In this document: piece after piece, positions 56,793 through 64,000 of the stretch
Layout of the letters: each line of letters opens with the position of its first letter
Numbering within the stretch: the stretch's first letter is position 1
From: Bacteroidota bacterium
Lineage (GTDB): Bacteria > Bacteroidota > Ignavibacteria > Ignavibacteriales > Melioribacteraceae
Reading direction: 5' to 3'
DNA: 64,000 nucleotides
NCBI GenBank assembly: GCA_021824635.1
Contig: JAKAKD010000001.1
Location: 2,351 to 66,350, forward strand
Made by a program: the position numbers and the translations under genes
Notes under the pieces: generated by a model
Databases searched by the model: none
The model's input: only the letters and a program-made list of their open reading frames with translations
Told to the model about the DNA's origin: nothing

Positions 56793-58283
56793 TTAGAAAA
56801 GACATTCTCTAATTTGGCTTACCAGTAAATCATGCTCTACCGGTTTAGAAATTATTTTGTCAACGCCAAGACGTAAATATTTTTTTGAAATTTCATCGTT
56901 TAGTTTTGCTGAGACAACGATTATAGGGACTGTCCTGTTCGCTTCTTTTTTTTGGATAGCTTCAACTAATTGAATGCCGTTCATAAGCGGCATATCGTGG
57001 TCGGTAATAATTATTGTCGGAAGTAAATCTCTGTACATTCCAATTGCTTCGTAACCGTTAGCAGCAAATTTAACTTCAAAATTAGGGAGAGCCTGTTCAA
57101 TAATTTTTTTGTAGAGTGTTCTAACACTCTCTTCGTCTTCAACTAATAGAATAACGTTCTTAGCTTCGGGAACAGTACAGTGAAACTCGCTACCTTCGCC
57201 AACCTGAGAATAGAACCAAACTTGCCCGCCGTGTTTTTCAATAATTTCTTTTACTAATGTTAGTCCAAGTCCGCTTCCTTTTTCGCCATTGGTTCCAACA
57301 AGAGAAAATTTTTGATCAATCTTGAAAAGTTTTGTCTGATTCTCTTCGGAAATTCCAAGTCCTTCATCGCGTACAACAATTTCAATCATTCCTTCTTTAA
57401 ATCTGCTTGCGGAAAGATGAACTTCTTTTCCTTCCGGAGTAAATTTAATAGCATTTGTAGCTAAATTAACAATGGCTTGGCTTATCAAACGTTCGTCTGC
57501 ATTTATATGAAGATCGGAAGGGATTTCAATTTTAACATCAATATTTTTTCTAACAGCATCTCCGGTAAGCGGAGTAACTGCGTTTGAAACAACTGTCCTA
57601 ACATTTAATCGCACCGGTTCAACTTTTATTCTGCCGGTTTGTAATCGGGACCAGTCCAGAAGACAATTAATCAGGTTGAGCTGCGATTTTGATGCGTCAT
57701 AAATGTATCGGATATATTCATTACGCTCATCTTCCGAAACGTCTTGTTCGTTGAGAAGAATTTCTGAAAAGCCGAGAAGAGTAGTAAAAGGTGCGCGCAG
57801 ATCGTGTGAAACAATAGAAATAAATTTATCTTTCGATACATTCAGTTCTTTAAGAGAGTCGCACGATTTCTGAAGTTCGGTTTCGTTCTTCTTAATTTCT
57901 GAAATATCTAAGACTGTACTTTTTCTCTGAATAATATCTCTGCCGTTTTGCTCACGGATCACACTCAAAAATTCCTTTACCCAAACCGGTTTGCCTGATT
58001 TTGAATTAATTCTGTAAGTGAGTTCAAGCGAATCTTTATTGGGTTCGTTTTCAAATTCTATGAGACTATTTTTAACTGCGCTTAAATCTTCTTCAAAAAT
58101 AATTGAGTAGTGATTTTCCGGCAGACTATTTATTTCGGCGGGGGTATAACCGGTAATTTTTTCAACGGAATCTGATACAAAATTTTCTGTAGAACCGTTA
58201 TAATATTTCATCGAAAAGAAAATATTACTAAACCGGCTGTTGAATTCTTTTAAGACATCAAAATTAATTTTATCTTTCTCCAT
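56793..58283 (-). CDS. hybrid sensor histidine kinase (PAS, HisKA, HATPase_c, REC)
   Basis: H-box SHDLRAPFTTLLGF, N-box NLATNAIKFT, G-box DEGLGI...GSGLGLTLVKEI and C-terminal REC (ILLVEDEES, IIITDHDMPLMNG). Confidence 0.88.
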   Translation of the reverse strand: MEKDKINFDVLKEFNSRFSNIFFSMKYYNGSTENFVSDSVEKITGYTPAEINSLPENHYSIIFEEDLSAVKNSLIEFENEPNKDSLELTYRINSKSGKPVWVKEFLSVIREQNGRDIIQRKSTVLDISEIKKNETELQKSCDSLKELNVSKDKFISIVSHDLRAPFTTLLGFSEILLNEQDVSEDERNEYIRYIYDASKSQLNLINCLLDWSRLQTGRIKVEPVRLNVRTVVSNAVTPLTGDAVRKNIDVKIEIPSDLHINADERLISQAIVNLATNAIKFTPEGKEVHLSASRFKEGMIEIVVRDEGLGISEENQTKLFKIDQKFSLVGTNGEKGSGLGLTLVKEIIEKHGGQVWFYSQVGEGSEFHCTVPEAKNVILLVEDEESVRTLYKKIIEQALPNFEVKFAANGYEAIGMYRDLLPTIIITDHDMPLMNGIQLVEAIQKKEANRTVPIIVVSAKLNDEISKKYLRLGVDKIISKPVEHDLLVSQIRECLF

Positions 58284-58415
58284 ACCATTCGATATTAGAT
58301 GAAAACTAAATCAAATATAATAAAATAATTTTTAATACAGCACACGAGACTATTTAAGTGTGAACGAGAAACTTATTTAACCATTACAGTGTTACGCTGA
58401 TATTGAAAAAAATAA

Positions 58416-60704
58416 ATGGAAGATATGAAATACCTACACCTCTTAATTTTTATGATGTTACTCGGAATAAATTTATCTGCGCAAAATCTGAAAGGAACAA
58501 TCACCGGAAAAGTTGTAGATGAAGTAACAAACGAACCTATTCCCGGGGTTAATATTGTGATAGTCGGTTCTCAAAAAGGAGCGGCGGCTGACCTCAATGG
58601 AGAATTTATAATTTCAAATTTGGATGCCGGAATTTATCAAGTACGTGTTTCTGCTCTCGGTTATAGTACAATAATTAAATCAGACGTAATTGTGAATAAC
58701 GCTAAACCAACGAGTCTTCTGCTTAAAATGGTAAGCACATTGATTGAATTGGAAGGAGTTACTGTCCGTTCCGGTTATTTTGAAATGGATCCAAGTGAAA
58801 TTGGGAGTGTAGCAAACTTGAGTTACGAAGAGATAAGAAGGGCGCCGGGAGGATTTGAGGATGTCGTGCGCGCACTCTCGGTTTTGCCGGGTGTTGCTCA
58901 GGCGAGTGCCGGAAGAAACGATCTAGTTGTGCGCGGCGGAGCGCCATCGGAAAATCTTTATCTTGTAGATGGATTTATTGTGCCGAATATAAATCACTTT
59001 GGAAGCCAGGGAGCCACCGGAGGACCTCTTAGTTTTATAAATTTAGATTTTGTGCGTGAGACCAGCTTTTCAAGCGGAGGATTTTCTTCTAAATATGGAG
59101 ATAAACTCTCATCGGTTTTAACAATTGATTTGAGAGAGGGAAGAAAAGACCGTCTCGGAGGCAAAGCAATTATCTCTGCTTCTCAGTTTGGATTGAATCT
59201 GGAAGGACCAATTGGTCAAAAAGGAAATTTTATTTTTTCTGCGAGACGAAGTTATCTCGATTTTATTTTTAACGCTGCCGGATTCAATTTTGTGCCTGAG
59301 TATTATGATGCTTTAACTAAGTTCAGTTATGACCTTGACGCCAAAAACCGTTTCTCGTATCTGTTCATTGGTGCGTTTGATAAAGTGAAATTTAACAATA
59401 AAGATTCGGAAGACTTGTATGAGAATTCAAGGATTCTCGGATCAAATCAAAATTCATATATAACGGGATTATCATACCGTCACCTATTCGAAAAAGGATT
59501 TTTCAACATTACTCTAAGCAGAAATTTTACTGACTTCTATTCGTCGCAGCGTGATACTCTTCTTAATCCGATCTTTCTTAATAAATCACGGGAAGGTGAG
59601 AACGAATTGAAAGGAGATATCATTTACAAACTCTCGACAAATTCCGAATTGAATCTCGGGCTTTCCGCCAAGCTTGTTAAATTTTCAGCTGATATTAAAC
59701 TTCCAAGTTTCATAACAACGTTTGGGGAAAAACTGAATATAACTTCTCTCAATTCAGCAAAAAACTTTACGAAGTTTGGAATCTACACTCAGTATTCGAA
59801 TACAATGTTTAAACGGCTAAGAATAAGTTTAGGCGCAAGAGGAGATTACTTCAGCGGAATTAATGTAACTTTTTATTTCAGTCCCAGATTCTCAACTGCA
59901 TTCATGCTAAATGAAATATCTTCCATAAATTTCAGTGCGGGAATTTATCATCAGAGTCCTTCATACATCTGGCTGATAGCAGATGAATCGAACAGAAACT
60001 TAAACGCTGTGCGTGTTAACCAGTTTGTGCTGGGATATGAAAGAAGATTGAGAGAGGATCTCCGTATGAAAGTGGAAGTTTTTTTAAAAAATTATGAAAA
60101 TTATCCGGCGAGTGTTTTACGTCCATACCTTGTATTAGCCAATACCGGCGCGGGTTACGGAGGCGGTGATGAAAACTTTGCATCTTTTGGTCTTGAACCG
60201 CTGGTGAGCGCCGGAATTGGAGATGTTCACGGAATCGAATTTTCTCTTCAAAAAAAATCTTCCGATACACCTAATTATGGAATACTGAGCGTTACATGGA
60301 GTGAATCTACTTTTACCGGACTTGACGGAGTTAAACGTGCCGGCAGTTATAGCCAGAATTGGATTGTGAATTTAACCGGCGGTTATATTTTTAATAAAAA
60401 TTGGGAAGCGTCTTTCAAATTTAGATTTGCAACGGGTAATCCTTATACGCCATTCAATAATGATGGTACTCAGAGCGTGGCAAACTATAATAGTTCCAGA
60501 TTCAAACCTGTTCACTCTTTAGATTTGCGGGTTGACCGGCGCTGGGATTTTGACAACTGGGCATTGATAACATATCTCGATATTCAAAATATCTACAACA
60601 ACAAGAACACAAATACTATACGATGGGATTACCGTAAAGGAAAAATTGATGATCAATCATCAATCGGTCTATTGCCGTCTATTGGTGTTAGTCTGGAATT
60701 TTAA
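58416..60704 (+). CDS. TonB-dependent receptor with N-terminal carboxypeptidase-regulatory-like domain
   Basis: Signal peptide, CarboxypepD_reg block (GTITGKVVDEVTNEPIPGVNIVIVG...G.F.I.NL..G.Y...VS..GY), a plug domain and a long beta-barrel ending in the aromatic terminal ...SLEF. Confidence 0.8.
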   Translation: MEDMKYLHLLIFMMLLGINLSAQNLKGTITGKVVDEVTNEPIPGVNIVIVGSQKGAAADLNGEFIISNLDAGIYQVRVSALGYSTIIKSDVIVNNAKPTSLLLKMVSTLIELEGVTVRSGYFEMDPSEIGSVANLSYEEIRRAPGGFEDVVRALSVLPGVAQASAGRNDLVVRGGAPSENLYLVDGFIVPNINHFGSQGATGGPLSFINLDFVRETSFSSGGFSSKYGDKLSSVLTIDLREGRKDRLGGKAIISASQFGLNLEGPIGQKGNFIFSARRSYLDFIFNAAGFNFVPEYYDALTKFSYDLDAKNRFSYLFIGAFDKVKFNNKDSEDLYENSRILGSNQNSYITGLSYRHLFEKGFFNITLSRNFTDFYSSQRDTLLNPIFLNKSREGENELKGDIIYKLSTNSELNLGLSAKLVKFSADIKLPSFITTFGEKLNITSLNSAKNFTKFGIYTQYSNTMFKRLRISLGARGDYFSGINVTFYFSPRFSTAFMLNEISSINFSAGIYHQSPSYIWLIADESNRNLNAVRVNQFVLGYERRLREDLRMKVEVFLKNYENYPASVLRPYLVLANTGAGYGGGDENFASFGLEPLVSAGIGDVHGIEFSLQKKSSDTPNYGILSVTWSESTFTGLDGVKRAGSYSQNWIVNLTGGYIFNKNWEASFKFRFATGNPYTPFNNDGTQSVANYNSSRFKPVHSLDLRVDRRWDFDNWALITYLDIQNIYNNKNTNTIRWDYRKGKIDDQSSIGLLPSIGVSLEF

Positions 60705-62074
60705 TTCTCATCTTCCTTGGTTATTCTTGTAGGTATGCCAAGCTCTTCCATTTTTCTGTAAAGAGAGGAAAGACCAATATCCAATGCTTTGGCGGCTTCT
60801 TCCTTGTTGTAATTATATTTTTTAATTGTTTTTAGTATATGTTCTTTTTCAAAATCTTTAATTGCATCTTTCAACTGATCGGGAAAACTTTCTTGAATAT
60901 CTTTACCGCGAAAATGTTCTGCAAGGTTATCAACCGTTATATAATCTTTTGAAGCAAAGATCATTGCGCGCTCAATAACATTTTCTAACTCGCGTACGCC
61001 GCCGCGCCAATTGTGCGATAAAAGTATTTTCATCGTTTCGTTATCAACGCCAATGATTTTTTTCCCCATCTCTTTAGAAAATTTATCTATGAAGTAATTA
61101 ATAAGTAGCGGAATATCTTCAGAGCGCTCGTTTAATGTCGGAAGTTTTATTTCAATTACATTGAGTCTGTAATAAAGGTCTTCACGGAATTCATTAGTCT
61201 TGGTTTTTTCGTAAAGGTCCTGATTGGATGCGGCGATAATTCTTACATCTGTGCTAACGGCTTTAACGCCGCCAACAGGAATAAACTCCCGGTCTTCAAT
61301 TGCTCTTAAAAGTTTTACTTGAAGATTAAGCGGAAGCTCTCCGATTTCATCCAGAAAAAGTGTTCCGCCATCGGCTACTTTAAACAATCCGATTTTATCA
61401 TCGGACGCGCCGGTGAACGATCCTTTTTTGTGTCCGAACAGTTCGCTCTCTATTAAATTTTCTGAAATAGCGCCGCAGTTAATCGGAAGAAAAATTTTGT
61501 CTTTTCGCAGACTGTTGTAGTGAATAGCTTTTGCAACAAGTTCTTTACCCGTTCCGCTTTTTCCAAAGATCAAGACATTGCTGTTAGTCGGCGCAACTTG
61601 AGAAATGATGTTGAAAACTTTTTTCATTGGAGCGCTTTTGCCGATTAGATTAGTATATCCTGAATCGGAGGAAATTCTTTGGCGCAGTGATTTGTTTTCT
61701 GCCGCAAGCTTCTTATACTCGATCAATCTTTTTACTCTAATAATTACATCTTCGAACTCAACCGGTTTAATCAAATAATCGAATGCGCCGTTGCGAAGCG
61801 CATCAATTGCTGTTTTTACCGATGCGTAAGCAGTCATGATAATAAAAAATGTTTCCGGTGAAATTTTTGTTGCAGATTCTAGAAGCTGCATACCGTCAAG
61901 TTTTGGCATTTTTATATCGGAGATAACTACGTCGTAATCACTTTCCCGGATTTTTTGAAGCGCTTCTTCGCCGTCGCCTGCCGCGTCGGTTGTAAATCCT
62001 TCTTCCGCCAAAACCATTTTAAGAGAATCCCGAATTGATTTTTCGTCATCAACTATCAAAATTTTTGCTGACAT
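60701..62074 (-). CDS. sigma54-dependent response regulator (NtrC family)
   Basis: REC (ILIVDDEKS, DVVISDIKMPKLDG), Walker A GKSGTGKE, GSFTGA loop and C-terminal HTH (AAKALDIGLSSLYRKM). Confidence 0.92.
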   Translation of the reverse strand: MSAKILIVDDEKSIRDSLKMVLAEEGFTTDAAGDGEEALQKIRESDYDVVISDIKMPKLDGMQLLESATKISPETFFIIMTAYASVKTAIDALRNGAFDYLIKPVEFEDVIIRVKRLIEYKKLAAENKSLRQRISSDSGYTNLIGKSAPMKKVFNIISQVAPTNSNVLIFGKSGTGKELVAKAIHYNSLRKDKIFLPINCGAISENLIESELFGHKKGSFTGASDDKIGLFKVADGGTLFLDEIGELPLNLQVKLLRAIEDREFIPVGGVKAVSTDVRIIAASNQDLYEKTKTNEFREDLYYRLNVIEIKLPTLNERSEDIPLLINYFIDKFSKEMGKKIIGVDNETMKILLSHNWRGGVRELENVIERAMIFASKDYITVDNLAEHFRGKDIQESFPDQLKDAIKDFEKEHILKTIKKYNYNKEEAAKALDIGLSSLYRKMEELGIPTRITKEDEN

Positions 62075-62084
62075 TATTACTCCG

Positions 62085-63584
62085 TCAATTATTTTCTATT
62101 GGAAGAGTGATTGTGAACATGCTTCCTTCTTTCAATTTACTTTTTACTTTTATCTCGCCGTTGAATCTTTTGATGATTCCATAACTGACTGATAACCCGA
62201 GACCGGTTCCTTTTCCCACTTCTTTTGTGGTGAAGAACGGATCAAAAATCTGTGCCAAGGTTGCTTCATCCATTCCGCAGCCGTCATCATTTATTTCTAT
62301 GTAAACATTTTTATTGTCATAATCCGATTTTAAAATAATTGTTCCATTACCTTCTATTGCATCAAGAGCGTTGATGAGTATGTTAATGAATACCTGAAGA
62401 AGCTGGTCTGATGCAACACGGACAGACGGTAAAGCGTTCTTTAAATCTGTTTCAAAATTTACTTTGCGGATTCGTTTATCATACTTAACAATTCCAAGCG
62501 CTGTTTTCAAAACATCGGTAACGTCCTGAACAGCGGTCTCGTAACTTGGCGGACGAGAGAAATCCACAAGCTCACGAACAATTTTTGTTATTCGGTCAAT
62601 GTTCTCTTTGATATTAACTAGTTGTTCGCTGATAAATTGGTCTTGACTTCTGCGCTGCAAAATTTGAACAAGTGAAGAAATTGAAGTTAGCGGATTGCCG
62701 ATTTCATGCGCCACGCCTGCGGCTAGCTGACCAATCACAGCAAGTTTTTCGGACTGATCAATCTGTGCCTGTAAGCGCTTAAACTCCGTATAGTCCTTAA
62801 AAATAATAGACCTGCCTTTATATTCTCCGTTGCTGCTGTGTAATTGAGAAACACTAAGCCGAACCGTTATTATTTCACCGTTCTTTCTTCTGCGCTCCGA
62901 TTCAATGATGCTTGTATAACCGATTTTTTTAGCATCTTCTTTAATTCTTTCCAGTTCTTTAACATATTTTTCACCGTCAGGAAAGAGAAGAGAAGAAGGT
63001 TTACCAAGAACTTCATCTTCTGTATAACCGAAAATTTTCTCGGCGCCTTTATTCCATGTAATAAATTTTTCGTTTTGATCAACCATCATAATTGCTTGAT
63101 CTGAAGAGTGGAGAATATTTTTTAAATATTGCTGATTCAATTCGAGTTTGGAAGCAAGACGGTCTCTGTTCAATTCCAATTCTTTCAGTTTTGTATCTTG
63201 ATAAAGAATAGAATAACGGGCATAAATTTGTTCAATTAATTCGTCAAAGAATCCAAGAAGAATAACCGGATCTGTATTTCCCATTGAATCATTTTCAACA
63301 AAATTAAAAACGGCAAACCTGCCTTGACTGAAAAACTGGCTTACTTCGAGCAAATTTAAATTTGCTTCTGAAAACAGTGTGTAGGTATCCACAAGATATT
63401 GGTCGGCGGATTTGTAATCACCGGTTTCAAGCACTTCAATAAAAGTGTTTATACTGCTTTCGGCAAAGGTGTTAAGTTGCTGTGCGGAAAGTTTGCCATC
63501 GCAAATAAGCAATAGTTTTTCTTTCCAGCTCGCAGTGATTGTATCAAAATATTTTTTTAGAAGTTCGAGTAATAATTTTTTCAT
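62085..63584 (-). CDS. cytoplasmic sensor histidine kinase (PAS, HisKA, HATPase_c), NtrB/AtoS-like
   Basis: PAS ([21 protein letters not shown]), H-box [12 protein letters not shown]-box [10 protein letters not shown] and G-boxes DDGCGM and [10 protein letters not shown]. It lies 10 nt upstream of the sigma54 activator gene. Confidence 0.88.
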   Translation of the reverse strand: MKKLLLELLKKYFDTITASWKEKLLLICDGKLSAQQLNTFAESSINTFIEVLETGDYKSADQYLVDTYTLFSEANLNLLEVSQFFSQGRFAVFNFVENDSMGNTDPVILLGFFDELIEQIYARYSILYQDTKLKELELNRDRLASKLELNQQYLKNILHSSDQAIMMVDQNEKFITWNKGAEKIFGYTEDEVLGKPSSLLFPDGEKYVKELERIKEDAKKIGYTSIIESERRRKNGEIITVRLSVSQLHSSNGEYKGRSIIFKDYTEFKRLQAQIDQSEKLAVIGQLAAGVAHEIGNPLTSISSLVQILQRRSQDQFISEQLVNIKENIDRITKIVRELVDFSRPPSYETAVQDVTDVLKTALGIVKYDKRIRKVNFETDLKNALPSVRVASDQLLQVFINILINALDAIEGNGTIILKSDYDNKNVYIEINDDGCGMDEATLAQIFDPFFTTKEVGKGTGLGLSVSYGIIKRFNGEIKVKSKLKEGSMFTITLPIENN

Positions 63585-63768
63585 TAAGGTATTTAAAATG
63601 GAATGAAATATATCCTTAATTAAGTGTTTCGAAAAATAAAGAAAGCGGGTCTAGAATGAAAGGTGATTAAATCAGTCGGTTAATCTTTCAATATAATGGA
63701 ACCGGCAATTTTCCCCTTATGTATAAGAAACAGTTTCATTATCTTTGAACAAACAGAGAGAGACAGAT

Positions 63769-64000
63769 ATGAAAAAAATTATTATTGCTTTTTGGGCAGT
63801 AGCTTCCTTCTCTTCAATTTCATTCGCATCGGAGGAAGTTGTTGTAAAACCATCCCTCTCCAATGTGAAAGTCTTTTTGAGAGGCGCGCAGTTGAATTAT
63901 TCTGCAAAGGCTAAGATCACGACGGGAATGAATGATGTTGTCTTAACCGGATTGGCTTCGGACGTTGATAGAAACAGTGTGAACGTTTCGGCAAAAGGAG
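63769..64000 (+). CDS. secreted protein, N-terminal fragment (DUF4139/MuiA-like); 3' end outside the window
   Basis: ATG 63769 opens a frame that runs to the window edge: MKKIIIAFWAVASFSSISFASEEVVVKPSLSNVKVFLRGAQLNYSAKAKI... The signal peptide and V.VF..GA.. pattern resemble DUF4139 proteins. It is absent from the ORF track because no stop lies in the window. Confidence 0.5.
   Translation, partial: MKKIIIAFWAVASFSSISFASEEVVVKPSLSNVKVFLRGAQLNYSAKAKITTGMNDVVLTGLASDVDRNSVNVSAKG

Noticed and set aside
63696-63914. 72-aa plus-strand ORF from the track
   Set aside because: It is Cys-rich, low-complexity and has no signal. The +1 frame starting at ATG 63769 encodes a clean signal peptide and stays open to the window edge, so that frame is the likely gene.
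1-64000. Antisense or shadow ORFs of 60-150 aa in the track (e.g. 582-776, 881-1189, 8800-9141, 10449-10817, 34572-35003, 37840-38211, 42598-43050), and a search for CRISPR arrays, transposases, integrases or prophage genes
   Set aside because: All of these ORFs lie inside longer, motif-supported genes on the other strand or in another frame, and their composition is low-complexity. I found no repeat-spacer arrays and no recombinase or transposase motifs, so no mobile element or CRISPR call is made.

Overview
AT-rich (roughly one-third G+C by eye) chromosomal segment. By inference only, it looks like an FCB-superphylum bacterium (Ignavibacteria/Bacteroidota-like). The clues are a T9SS C-terminal sorting domain, a PorQ/PorV-like barrel, a UpxY-type NusG paralog and a Bacteroidota-style YebC N-terminus. 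I call about 60 protein genes and one tRNA-Lys(UUU). I saw no rRNA, CRISPR array, transposase or integrase. Housekeeping content: pyruvate dehydrogenase genes (aceE 3' end, E2, E3), htpX, bamD, lgt, rsmF-like, glnA with an Lrp/AsnC gene, aspS, yebC, trpB2, rpsT, queE/queD, cobB, an S46 peptidase and a TonB-dependent receptor. Three regions stand out. (1) 27.8-37.1 kb is a compact type IV filament locus (PilC, PilB, PilT-like, PilM-N fusion, PilO-like, short secretin). It is headed by two paralogous pilin-like genes whose products start MGQQQLLL, so they have no basic leader, no Phe+1 and no Glu+5. No prepilin peptidase or minor pilins lie in the locus. It is followed by a dense signalling block at 37.2-43.8 kb that includes a sigma54 activator. 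(2) 44.93-45.15 kb carries a 22-codon leader ORF with four consecutive Trp codons, plus antiterminator and tandem-terminator pairings, upstream of a stand-alone trpB2. (3) 16.4-19.4 kb is a HisKA_3 kinase/LuxR regulator operon ending in two tandem paralogous 6-TM proteins of unknown family. All protein family calls rest on motifs read from the translations. No database search was run.
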